This document shows positions 1-8,504 of a DNA stretch of 64,000 bases, in pieces. The translations under genes and the position numbers were made by a program. The number at the start of each line of letters is the position of its first letter. Positions within the stretch are counted from its first letter, which is position 1. The notes beneath the pieces are model-generated. The model ran no database searches, was not told the DNA's origin, and saw nothing but the letters and a program-made list of their open reading frames with translations. Source of the stretch: an uncultured Bacteroidales bacterium (GTDB taxonomy: Bacteria > Bacteroidota > Bacteroidia > Bacteroidales > CAZJDA01); assembly GCA_964544705.1 (NCBI GenBank), contig CAZJDA010000005.1, positions 76,661 through 140,660 on the forward strand. Direction: 5' to 3'.

Positions 1-1217
1 TTCCAAACCTTCCATCTTCCTTCCCTAATGCCGTTTTTATAGCTACCTTCATGTTGCAACTTGCCATTGGGAAACCACTTTTTTGAGGGGCCTTCTTTTA
101 CATGATTTTTGTATTGATTTACATAAGCTTCTTGCCCGTCTTTATACCATCCTTTCCATTCCCCGTGCATTAAGCCCTGTTCAAAATGGCCTTTGTCTTT
201 CATTTGTTCATTCTCGAACCAGCTTATCCATTCGCCTTGCTCTTGGCCATTAAGGAATTTTCCTTCATGATGTTTTACACCGCTTTCGTACCATGTAGTC
301 CATAACCCGTTTTTCTTGCCGTTATTGTAATCGCCTTGTTTCCATTTTTCGCCTGTATCATACCAATATGTCCAGGTGCTGTCTTGTTCACCATTTTCAA
401 AATTCCCTTGGCTTCCTTTTTGCCCGTTTTCGTGGTAAAATATCCAGGTGCTGTCATGCTTGCCATTCTTCAGCTTGCCTTCAAATTCCAGACTCCCGTT
501 TTTTCTCCACCATTTGCAATATCCATTCAATTCTCCATTCATATAATATCCTTTAAAGGCAATTTCCCCATTTTTAAACCATTTTTTGCTAATGCTATCT
601 CTTTTTCCTTGCTCGTAATGGGCAATTTCTTCCAATTGGCCATTATTAAACCATTTTTTCCAGGTGCCGGTTTTTAACGTATCTTTATAGGTTCCTTTTT
701 CTTCTACTTCTCCGTTAGGGTGCCAGCTTATGTGGTTTCCGTTGGAATAGTTCACTTCTTTCCATTTTTTTCCGGTTTTGTAGTAATATAACCATTTGCC
801 AACTCTTTTGCCCTGGCGATAATCACCTTTAGCAAGTAATTGGCCGCCTATATCCCAATAATTCCATGTACTGTCTTTTAGCCCATTTTTGATCTTGCCC
901 TGGCTTTCCAATTGCCCGTTGGTATACCACGTTTTATTAATCCCTTTTTCATAGTTTACTATTCTCCATTTGGAACCATCTTCATGGTAGTATTTCCATT
1001 GACCTACTTTTTTCCCGATTTTGTAAGTTCCCTCGGCCATTTTATTTCCGTTTTCGTACCAATAGACCCAATGACCTTTCTCTTTGAGATTCTCATTGTA
1101 AAATCCCAAGGTTTTTTTAAACTTTTCTTCTTGGTCGTAATAGGTATAATTGCTGTCCTGGGCTTTGATTGAAATAGCGTCTACCATGCAGGCCAATATT
1201 ATAAGTATATTCCTCAT
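1..1217 (-). CDS. Secreted MORN-variant / YwqK-like repeat protein (partial; C-terminus lies outside the window)
   Basis: Manual minus-strand translation from the ATG at 1215-1217 gives MRNILIILACMVDAISIKAQD (signal-peptide-like). It is followed by many tandem ~23-aa repeats such as EGTYKIGKKVGQWKYYHEDGSKW and GKLKNGKHDSTWIFYHENGQK. The frame stays open to base 1. It is absent from the supplied track, probably because it runs off the edge. Confidence 0.75.
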   Translation of the reverse strand, partial: MRNILIILACMVDAISIKAQDSNYTYYDQEEKFKKTLGFYNENLKEKGHWVYWYENGNKMAEGTYKIGKKVGQWKYYHEDGSKWRIVNYEKGINKTWYTNGQLESQGKIKNGLKDSTWNYWDIGGQLLAKGDYRQGKRVGKWLYYYKTGKKWKEVNYSNGNHISWHPNGEVEEKGTYKDTLKTGTWKKWFNNGQLEEIAHYEQGKRDSISKKWFKNGEIAFKGYYMNGELNGYCKWWRKNGSLEFEGKLKNGKHDSTWIFYHENGQKGSQGNFENGEQDSTWTYWYDTGEKWKQGDYNNGKKNGLWTTWYESGVKHHEGKFLNGQEQGEWISWFENEQMKDKGHFEQGLMHGEWKGWYKDGQEAYVNQYKNHVKEGPSKKWFPNGKLQHEGSYKNGIREGRWKVW

Positions 1218-1259
1218 TTGTAAAACATTTTCATTTTATGCAAAAATAATGAACTATTA

Positions 1260-1709
1260 CTAATTTTCTTCATTGTCTTTGTTCCATATAATTTTTTTAC
1301 CAAAACCAAGCCTATTGTCCGTATATTTAAAAAAATGAACAGCAGCTTTCCAGAGTGTTAGTTTTGCTAAGGCTGCAACCGGGAACCTTTTTATATAGGC
1401 TCTTTTAGCTGTTTTATAAAAATTTGTGCCTTGCTGTATTTCTTCTATGATACCGGTAAATTGCACACCGCGAATTTTTCCTACCATGTTAGTTTCTAAC
1501 GCTATGGCGCCGGCAATATTATCCTGGAAAGCAACATCTTTGATATGTTTGGTTTCTTTATCGGAAGTGAAAACAAATGCATTTTCCATTTCTAAGTATA
1601 CATAAAAGCATGAAGCACAATAAGGCTTGTTATTGCTTGCTGTAGCGAGTGTTAAAACATGATGCCGGTGAATAAATTTTATGATTCTTTTGTCAATATT
1701 TCCCATCAA
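1260..1709 (-). CDS. Pyridoxamine 5'-phosphate oxidase-like FMN-binding protein (YhbP-like)
   Basis: 149-aa ORF. The N-terminus HHVLTLATASNNKPYCASCFY and its length resemble the split-barrel PNPOx-like family. Recognition only. Confidence 0.55.
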   Translation of the reverse strand: MMGNIDKRIIKFIHRHHVLTLATASNNKPYCASCFYVYLEMENAFVFTSDKETKHIKDVAFQDNIAGAIALETNMVGKIRGVQFTGIIEEIQQGTNFYKTAKRAYIKRFPVAALAKLTLWKAAVHFFKYTDNRLGFGKKIIWNKDNEEN

Positions 1710-1748
1710 AAAAAACGCTGCATATTTAATGCAATAATAGTATAAATT

Positions 1749-2537
1749 TTATTCACGGGTGCTGATCTTGTATTTTTTCCATTCGGATATGTAATCAAAG
1801 CAAATGGCATCGGATTTGTCGAGAGATTCCTCCGGGTTAATTCCGCTGATTTTAATATCTTCTTCCTTACGCGATTCGTTGATAATAACACCATTTGGCG
1901 ATATAATCCTGCTTTCGCCCCTGAATTCTGCAACCGTTTTAAAATGTTTTTCCGTTCCAATCCTATTGGCTGTGACCGTGTATATTTTATTTTCTACTGC
2001 CCTAGTTTTGATAATCTCTAAGCTCATTCTTCCCCCGAAATTTGCAGGATGACAAAGAATTTGGGCGCCTTTGCGTACCATTATCCTTATTAATTCTGGG
2101 AAGAATATCTCGAAACAGGTAGCAATACCTATTTTTACATCATTAACACTAAATACTTCTATATCATGGCCGGCTGCAAAAATGTTTTTTTCATAATTGG
2201 AAAGATGGATTTTCCTGTGTGTGCCAATCAATCCTTCCGGGCCCACAAGTACGGCCGTGTTGTATATATTATTCCCCGCATGTTCTGGTATGGTTCCAAC
2301 AATATACCCGCCTGTCCTTCTTGATATTTGAATCAGTTCTTGGGTGGTTTCTCCATCGGGGATCTTTTCGGCCAAAGAAACAAGGTCATACTTGGTATTA
2401 AAAAGATAACCCGTGTTGAATAGCTCAGGCAAAACAATAATATCAAAACTTTTGCTGGAAAGCATAATGCTTACATTGTCCAAATTAGAGAATTTGTCTC
2501 TTTGAACGATATCAAATTGATAATAACCTACTTTCAT
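1749..2537 (-). CDS. Carbon-nitrogen hydrolase (nitrilase superfamily amidohydrolase)
   Basis: 262 aa with a Glu-Lys-Cys triad context: VLPELFNTGY, HRKIHL, GIATCFEIFFPE. Confidence 0.8.
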   Translation of the reverse strand: MKVGYYQFDIVQRDKFSNLDNVSIMLSSKSFDIIVLPELFNTGYLFNTKYDLVSLAEKIPDGETTQELIQISRRTGGYIVGTIPEHAGNNIYNTAVLVGPEGLIGTHRKIHLSNYEKNIFAAGHDIEVFSVNDVKIGIATCFEIFFPELIRIMVRKGAQILCHPANFGGRMSLEIIKTRAVENKIYTVTANRIGTEKHFKTVAEFRGESRIISPNGVIINESRKEEDIKISGINPEESLDKSDAICFDYISEWKKYKISTRE

Positions 2538-2693
2538 AATACATATGGTTTTAATCGAATAAAACGTCCATTAAAAAATTTCTATATTTTCAGTACGAAA
2601 ATTATAAAAAATAATAACAGTAAGTTATACGCGACCTATTAATTATTAAAACTAAATCTTGTGAAAGTAACAAAAATTTATTTCCTCACAAAA

Positions 2694-3611
2694 TCAGTCT
2701 AAGGGTTTTTGTTTTTCACCATCCCAACCGAAATCTATATATTCCCATTGAAAGTCCTCATCATTTACTTTGAATAGCATAAACCCTTCCTCAATCCCAT
2801 CATTGGCGCCTCTCCACCACTTAGCAGATACAGCGCCCCCGGTTATAAAGTGAGTTTCCTCAACATGAAGATCTTCAATAAAATGCAAATGTCCTTGCAA
2901 AACAAGTTTTAAATTGTGATCATCAAATAATTCCAATACTTCTTTGCCGTTATTGATAACGGTTCTTTTTCCAGGGGTTTTTAATGTACCAAATTTTATT
3001 TGCGTCCAGGTAGTGATAAATGGAATATGAACAACAATGGCAATAGGTGTACGCTGGTAGGTTTTCATCAGTTCTTTTTTGATCCATTCTATTTGAGCCG
3101 AGTCAATATAACCGATGTATTTTCTTCCGGAGGTTTGCCCCACGGCATCTAATATCATAAAATGCCAGCCTTTGTGGTCAAAAGAGTAATAGCGCTTGCC
3201 TATCCGGTTTTCATACATTTTTTCATTGTATTCAGGATGAAGTGTATCCACACCACTTTTTTTATACAAACCGAATACTTCATGATTTCCCATGGTATTG
3301 TAAACCGGCATTTTAAATTCTTTTGCCATGGTGGTATACATGTTGTATAAGCTGTCGGCAGTTTGATAGTCTTGTCCTAGAGCGTCCATGATAAGATCGC
3401 CACCTGTAATAACAAATTCTGGATTGAGTTTATTAATGGTGTCAATTACCATTTGAAATGCTTGAGGTGCATTTCTTTCTGGCGTTAAATGAATATCCGT
3501 TAAAAATGCAAAGGTAAACTTATCAACTTCTTTTTCCCTAAATGGCGAATTGCAACCATAGAATATGAAAATAAAGGCGAAAAATATCGCAATAATGTAT
3601 AACTTCTTCAT
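2694..3611 (-). CDS. Metallophosphoesterase (calcineurin-like), probable lipoprotein
   Basis: Lipobox-like FIFYGCNS. Phosphoesterase motifs FLTDIHL, GGDLIMDA, GNHE and GHLH are present. Confidence 0.8.
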   Translation of the reverse strand: MKKLYIIAIFFAFIFIFYGCNSPFREKEVDKFTFAFLTDIHLTPERNAPQAFQMVIDTINKLNPEFVITGGDLIMDALGQDYQTADSLYNMYTTMAKEFKMPVYNTMGNHEVFGLYKKSGVDTLHPEYNEKMYENRIGKRYYSFDHKGWHFMILDAVGQTSGRKYIGYIDSAQIEWIKKELMKTYQRTPIAIVVHIPFITTWTQIKFGTLKTPGKRTVINNGKEVLELFDDHNLKLVLQGHLHFIEDLHVEETHFITGGAVSAKWWRGANDGIEEGFMLFKVNDEDFQWEYIDFGWDGEKQKPLD

Positions 3612-3760
3612 AACCAGCTTTTAAATTTTAAGGTTTTCTTATAGTAAATGTATACATAATCTTGCAATTAAATGTTAATGGAAAGTTAAATTTACTGCAA
3701 AATAACAAACCTAAAAATTTTAGCATATCAGCCATCAAGCCTAGTGATTAATATATAGAA

Positions 3761-3785
3761 AGCGGCAGAAGAATCTCCTGCCGCT
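3761..3785 (-). terminator. Stem-loop downstream of the glutamine synthetase gene
   Basis: AGCGGCAG-(9 nt)-CTGCCGCT is a perfect 8-bp GC-rich stem followed by a T-rich tract on the minus strand. Confidence 0.5.
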
Positions 3786-3816
3786 TTCGAAACAAATAAC
3801 TATAATGAAATAACAT

Positions 3817-5322
3817 TTATCCGCAATGAATAAATTTCTTTACCAGCTCTATCATTTTATCTTCGTTGTATTCCATTTCTTCGCGTATGTTCTTATCATC
3901 AAAACTTTTTAGCATTTTGATGGTTCCATCCAGGTTTTCTTTACTAAATACATTGTACTTGGTATAAATTTCAATGTGTTTTTCCAGGTTTTCTGCCGAT
4001 TGCCAGCAAGAAACAGGTAATTTGGAAAGCTGGTTCATTTTTTCCTTATGCTCCTCTTTAAAAATATTTACATCCACGTAAGTTTTCTCAGCATATTCCA
4101 GTGCGTTATCCATTTCCAGGCCGTGCCTTGCTGCTACAGTTAATCCTGCAAGCAGCAAATATGAATCTGCTGATCCATCAGGACACCTGAACTCCACAGT
4201 TTGCTTGTGCGTGAAATCTTTTTTTGATACCTTTTCCAATGGATTAGCTTTGGCTACCATATCCACACTACCGGTCCAGCCAAGAGGCACTCTTACCAAT
4301 ACAGAGCGGTTCCTGTCGCCCCAGCAAATATTTGTTGGCGCTTCTTGATGAGGTACGAGCCTGAAATAAGACGTTGGATTGGTATTACCAAAAGCCGTGA
4401 GCGATGGAGCTAAGTCGAGATAACCTGCAATAGCTTTTTTTGCAACATTACTAAGTTTGCCATTTTCTACCATAACGTTCTTCCCGTCTTTCATCAGCCT
4501 TGTATGAACATGCATACCGCTTCCTGCTTTTCCTATAGTGATCTTTGGTGCAAAACTAATGGTAACACTGTATTTATATCCTATCATGCGAATAATCCAT
4601 TTGGCAATAACAAGTTGGTCAGCGGCTTCTTCAACATCTACAGGAAGAAACTCTATCTCGTTTTGTTCATAGATTTTATCTTCAACAGTAAAATTACCCA
4701 CTTCGGAATGGCCGTATTTTATTTTGCCTCCAGTTTGTGCAATTGCTTGTAATGCTTCATTGCGAAAACATTCCCATTTGGTAAAAGGCATAGATTCATG
4801 GTATCCACGCTGGTCATCGGCCAAAAAGATATCTTCTTTTTCGCTGATGATATAATATTCCAATTCGCCCATAGCTTGAAAAGTGAACCCTGTTTTATCT
4901 TTAAGGGATTCATGGGCCTTTTTCAGAATATTCTCTGGGGCGCTACCATAAGGTTCTCCATCTTTTGTAAAATAAGAACACAGTATATCAATTGCAGGGA
5001 TTTCGCTAAAAGGGTTTAAGAAAGCCGTTCTAAATCGTGGCATTACATATAAATCGCTCGATCCTGCCTCTATACCTGGAAAAAGGCTTGAGCCGTCAAC
5101 CCTTTCGCCTGTAGATAATAAACCTTCAAGGTGTTCCTTGCCCTGGATGACAAAATTAAGGGTTTTAAGTCTTCCATCGCCTCCAACATAACGAAAATTA
5201 AGCATTTCAATGCCGTTGTTCTCGATGTAAGTAATGATATCTTCTTTAGTAAATTGTTGTTGTGGTTTTTTTAGGTATTGTACCAACGGATTCGGGTTCA
5301 TCGTGATCTGATCATCAACCAT
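3817..5322 (-). CDS. glnA: Glutamine synthetase family protein
   Basis: 501 aa. The ATP-binding signature region PKITIGKAGSGMHVHTRL and the MGELEYY block are typical of GS catalytic domains. Confidence 0.75.
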   Translation of the reverse strand: MVDDQITMNPNPLVQYLKKPQQQFTKEDIITYIENNGIEMLNFRYVGGDGRLKTLNFVIQGKEHLEGLLSTGERVDGSSLFPGIEAGSSDLYVMPRFRTAFLNPFSEIPAIDILCSYFTKDGEPYGSAPENILKKAHESLKDKTGFTFQAMGELEYYIISEKEDIFLADDQRGYHESMPFTKWECFRNEALQAIAQTGGKIKYGHSEVGNFTVEDKIYEQNEIEFLPVDVEEAADQLVIAKWIIRMIGYKYSVTISFAPKITIGKAGSGMHVHTRLMKDGKNVMVENGKLSNVAKKAIAGYLDLAPSLTAFGNTNPTSYFRLVPHQEAPTNICWGDRNRSVLVRVPLGWTGSVDMVAKANPLEKVSKKDFTHKQTVEFRCPDGSADSYLLLAGLTVAARHGLEMDNALEYAEKTYVDVNIFKEEHKEKMNQLSKLPVSCWQSAENLEKHIEIYTKYNVFSKENLDGTIKMLKSFDDKNIREEMEYNEDKMIELVKKFIHCG

Positions 5323-5457
5323 ATTTCATCATGTTTTAAAAATTTCACAAAAAAAAACTAAATCAGGCGCAAATTATTAAATTTAGCCGAGATAACCAAC
5401 TATCCATAAAGAAAAAAAAGTATACCAATATTGCATAGATTTATAGGGATAAAACTT

Positions 5458-5892
5458 CTATTTGCCGGGTATTTTCCTTTTGGCCATATCAATAACTTGG
5501 TCGTGGTCAAAAGCCAATTTTGGCAAGGCATTAATATCAAACCACTGGGCTTTGGCTGCATCATCCGCACCTTCAATTTTGCTAGTATAATCAGCAACCC
5601 CATAGTAAGTAACTGAAACGGTGCGTCCTCTTGGGTCTCTTCCTACCTTGCCAAAAGCATACAGTTGATTAAGGTTCGTTACTTCCAAGCCTGTTTCTTC
5701 TTTCAATTCCCTCTTAGCAGCATCTTCAAGTTCCTCTTCCATATCAACAAAACCACCGGGTAAGGCCCACATTCCTTCAAATGGATAATTGCCACGCTGT
5801 ATCAACAATACAACCCAATGGTTGTTCTTTTTGGAAAAAATAACACAATCAACGGTTACAGCAGGCCGGGGATAATCATAAGTATATGGCAT
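5458..5892 (-). CDS. NUDIX hydrolase
   Basis: Nudix box GGFVDMEEELEDAAKRELKEETGL. Confidence 0.85.
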   Translation of the reverse strand: MPYTYDYPRPAVTVDCVIFSKKNNHWVVLLIQRGNYPFEGMWALPGGFVDMEEELEDAAKRELKEETGLEVTNLNQLYAFGKVGRDPRGRTVSVTYYGVADYTSKIEGADDAAKAQWFDINALPKLAFDHDQVIDMAKRKIPGK

Positions 5893-6192
5893 ATATTTTT
5901 AAATTGGATTGTTCCATAAATAAAATAGTTCATTGAGGCAAATATAGGAAATTGAATACAACATACCTGTCTCGTCCTAGAAAAGTTGACAACTTTATGA
6001 CTTATTATGGTTTAAGTTGACAATTTTAAAAAATAACCATCCTTCGCACTGCCCCTAACCCCTAAAGGGGAACCCAACCGCACTGCTACAAATGGCTGAT
6101 TTTGCTGGTAGAGCGCTGGGCTCCCTTCTGGGAAGAAAAGGGCGGACGGAGGAAGGAAGAAAAAGCGGCTTGTCTCGTCCTAGAACCAGCAA

Positions 6193-6412
6193 GCTACACC
6201 ATTTCTTTCTCCTTTACAAACTTTCAATCCACCTGCCTATCATTCCCGCCGATGTAAACTACCTACAAAAAAAATTCATTTGCAACTCGGCGGGAGTTTG
6301 CCTTTTTTGTTATATTTCTACCAAAATTTCGCCCTTAACAGGGCTTTTGGCTTGGCTGGGATTTTTAACAACCGTATTACCGCTCGGAGCCGTAATACTG
6401 GCAAACAATATT
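6193..6412 (+). repeat. Dispersed repeat family R1, copy a (~220 nt, hairpin-rich)
   Basis: About 90% identical by eye to 6864-7082. It contains the stem CCCGCCGA...TCGGCGGG and the module CGCCCTTAACAGGGCTTTTGGC. Confidence 0.8.
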
Positions 6413-6543
6413 TTATACCAACCGCTTGAAGGGTTTTATTAAACTTAGCAGGAATTTTTTAAACTAAACCCTAACCCTTCAAGGGTTTTCTTTTGGTATT
6501 TCCGCTCTAATTGGTAATACCGGTAAGCTCAAATTAAGATTCC

Positions 6544-6764
6544 AGGCATACTACAACTCCCAAAGCCCCGCCAGGGGCGGCATCTTGGTAGCCCAGGGTG
6601 CCAGCCCTGGGTAAAATACCCACAGTATGCACACCGCCGAACTGCGATTGTTTATTTATTGTAAAACGTTAGCATCGGCGGAACATGCAGCCCGTAACAG
6701 TAAAAAGTTCATAAAGTTTATAAAGTAAAAAGTTACAGAAAAAGCAAGTTATACCAACACTTTA
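6544..6764 (+). repeat. Dispersed repeat family R2, copy a (~220 nt)
   Basis: Aligns by eye along its length with 8087-8307. Hairpins include CCGCC-AGG-GGCGG, CCCAGGG-TGCCAG-CCCTGGG and CCGCCGA...TCGGCGG. Confidence 0.8.
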
Positions 6765-6770
6765 TTAAAA

Positions 6771-7082
6771 GTCACCCGGTGAATATCAAGCCAATGCAAT
6801 AAAAATTTCACATGTGAGGAGCGGTTTATGAGCAATTCACCGGGTGAGTTTAATAGAATGCCGGCTACACCATATCTTTCAAACTTTACAAACTTTCAAT
6901 TCACCTGCCTACCATTCCCGCCGATGCAAAATACCTGCAAAAAAATACATTTGCAACTCGGCGGGAGTTTGCCTTTTTTGTTATATTTCTACCAAAATTT
7001 CGCCCATAACAGGGCTTTTGGCCTGTCTGAAATTTTTAACATCCGTATTACCGCTCCAAGCGGTAATACGGGTAAACAAGAT
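6771..7082 (+). repeat. Repeat family R1, copy b, with a 5' hairpin module
   Basis: The 5' module has a perfect 13-bp stem, TCACCCGGTGAAT ...~50 nt... ATTCACCGGGTGA. The R1 body follows. An inverted, modular homologue lies at about 38215-38459. Confidence 0.8.
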
Positions 7083-7149
7083 TTGCGAATGCAAAAGTCG
7101 GCAAGGGTTTCGCTTGGAGCGTAGCCCTTGCTGATGCACAATTTAATTA

Positions 7150-7437
7150 TCAATCCGTGGGATTCTCCTGGTATTTTACAAACCCAAAAACTTCAATTAC
7201 GTCATTGCTCTTATTGACCCTGAAAACAATGCAATAGCCCTTGAAGATTAAATCTCTGATGGTATTATCATCAAAATATATCGATTTTCTGTAGATGTAT
7301 GGATTTTGAGGGACTTGCCTGATTTTAACTAAAAGTTCGTTTTTGAATTTCCTGGCATTTTTTGGTGAATCTTTTGAAATATATTCCACTTGCCTGGCAA
7401 GCCTCTGTGTGAATGAGGTTTTAAACTTCAGCTTCAC
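7150..7437 (-). CDS. RelE/ParE-family type II toxin (start probably the GTG at 7437; the track ORF extends to 7470)
   Basis: About 96 aa. The C-terminal pattern YCIVFRVNKSNDVIEVFGFVK is typical of RelE/ParE folds. It overlaps the upstream small gene by 17 nt. Confidence 0.65.
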   Translation of the reverse strand: MKLKFKTSFTQRLARQVEYISKDSPKNARKFKNELLVKIRQVPQNPYIYRKSIYFDDNTIRDLIFKGYCIVFRVNKSNDVIEVFGFVKYQENPTD

Positions 7438-7660
7438 CTGGATCAATTGTCCTTTCCAAGATTTTGTCAAGTTCTTCTATGGTATGAAAAGATGCTTTGC
7501 CATTGTTTATTTCATTCAATTCCTTTTCCAGGTAAATTTTTGCTGCATTATAGGTTTCATCTTCTTTTATAACCTCAACCTCATCTTTGCTGAATTTACT
7601 TAGCAGCCAGGTAAACTTATCATAAATCTTGTCGCTGATTTTTAATTTTATGGTGTGCAT
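7421..7660 (-). CDS. Putative antitoxin partner of the RelE/ParE-like toxin
   Basis: 79-aa acidic ORF immediately upstream of, and overlapping, the toxin gene. No family was recognised. Confidence 0.5.
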   Translation of the reverse strand: MHTIKLKISDKIYDKFTWLLSKFSKDEVEVIKEDETYNAAKIYLEKELNEINNGKASFHTIEELDKILERTIDPGEAEV

Positions 7661-7711
7661 TGTATATCGTTTTTACAAAAATAGATTATTTCTGTTATAA
7701 ATCCAAGTGTT

Positions 7712-7949
7712 TACCTGCAAAAAAATACACTTGCAACTCGGCGGGAGTTGGTCTTTTTATACCAAACCGCTATCAAGATATATTAGATAAATTTGGTATC
7801 CCCGCATAAAATGCGGGAGTGAACAATGCCGAAGGATTAGCATGTTAAGAAAATTTATTTTCTGTTACATGATAACCATTCGGTACTACATATATTTCTA
7901 CCAAAATTTCGCCCTTAACAGGGCTCTTGGCTTGCCTGAGATTTTTAAC
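7712..7949 (+). repeat. Repeat family R1, copy c: 5'-truncated and interrupted by a ~140-nt insert
   Basis: 7712-7750 matches the middle of R1 (TACCTGCAAAAAAATACA.TTGCAACTCGGCGGGAGTT). 7891-7949 matches the R1 3' part. The insert carries the hairpins ATACCAAA...TTTGGTAT and CCCGCAT-AAA-ATGCGGG. Confidence 0.7.
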
Positions 7950-8086
7950 TTAGTGCTGTTTCATAACCTAACTTCGTATTTTTGATTCAATTTTATATAT
8001 TTTGTAGTATTATTTCGTTATTTAGCCAATTTTATGCCTGTGTTTTTTACTTACGAGACAATCCCGTGAGCATACATCAAGGTTCT

Positions 8087-8307
8087 TGGCATACCTACAA
8101 TGCCCAAAGCCCTGCCAGGGGCGATATTTTGGTAGCCCAGGGCGCCAGCCCTGGGTAAAATATCCACAATATGCACACCGCCGAACTGCTGTTGGTTATT
8201 TATTGGAAACCGTTAGCATCGGCGGAACATGCAGCCTATCACAGTAAAAAGTTCTTAAAGTTTATAAAGTATAAAGTTAAAGAAAAAGCAAGCTACACCA
8301 ACACTTT
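8087..8307 (+). repeat. Repeat family R2, copy b
   Basis: Collinear with 6544-6764. Its tail (AAGCAAGCTACACC...TTTCAAACTTTACAAACTTT) is shared with the start of R1. Confidence 0.8.
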
Positions 8308-8504
8308 CAAACTTTACAAACTTTATAAACTTTCAAACTCATCACAGTAAAAAGTTAAAAAACCAGCAGGCTATGCCAAAAATTTCAAACTCATTAAAAA
8401 CAAAAAACATCTCCTTTATTATTCCTGTTTTAATATTATTCTTTAAATTTGGCTTCGATTTTATTTCTCCTGGAGAAATCATTAAAAAAAAACAGGGGGT
8501 TGTT

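Noticed and set aside
1706-1960. Track ORF of 84 aa (-) overlapping the 3' end of the nitrilase-family gene.
   Set aside because: It is in an alternative frame of a well-supported gene and has no motif.
6092-7134. Track ORFs 6092-6442 (116 aa), 6828-7124 (98 aa) and 6844-7134 (96 aa).
   Set aside because: They lie entirely on the R1/R2 repeat copies. Their similar peptide strings arise from translating repeated DNA in different frames. They have no start context and no recognisable motif, and the region is better explained as non-coding hairpin repeats.
5893-8372. Possible CRISPR array, because of multiple direct repeats.
   Set aside because: The repeat units are about 220 nt long, only about 90% identical, irregularly spaced and of two interleaved families. 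No short (24-48 nt) exact repeats with unique spacers are present, and no cas genes lie in the window.
8373-8504. N-terminal 44-aa extension of corA in the track. Similar track extensions occur for dnaE (26438-26491), the TPR-SpoIIE gene (52726-52749), the 39098 start and the 58719 start.
   Set aside because: The extensions are not part of the conserved family N-termini as I recall them. In the corA case the extension runs from repeat-derived DNA. Internal ATGs give canonical N-termini such as MSEFTHLHVHT for dnaE, or signal peptides for the others.
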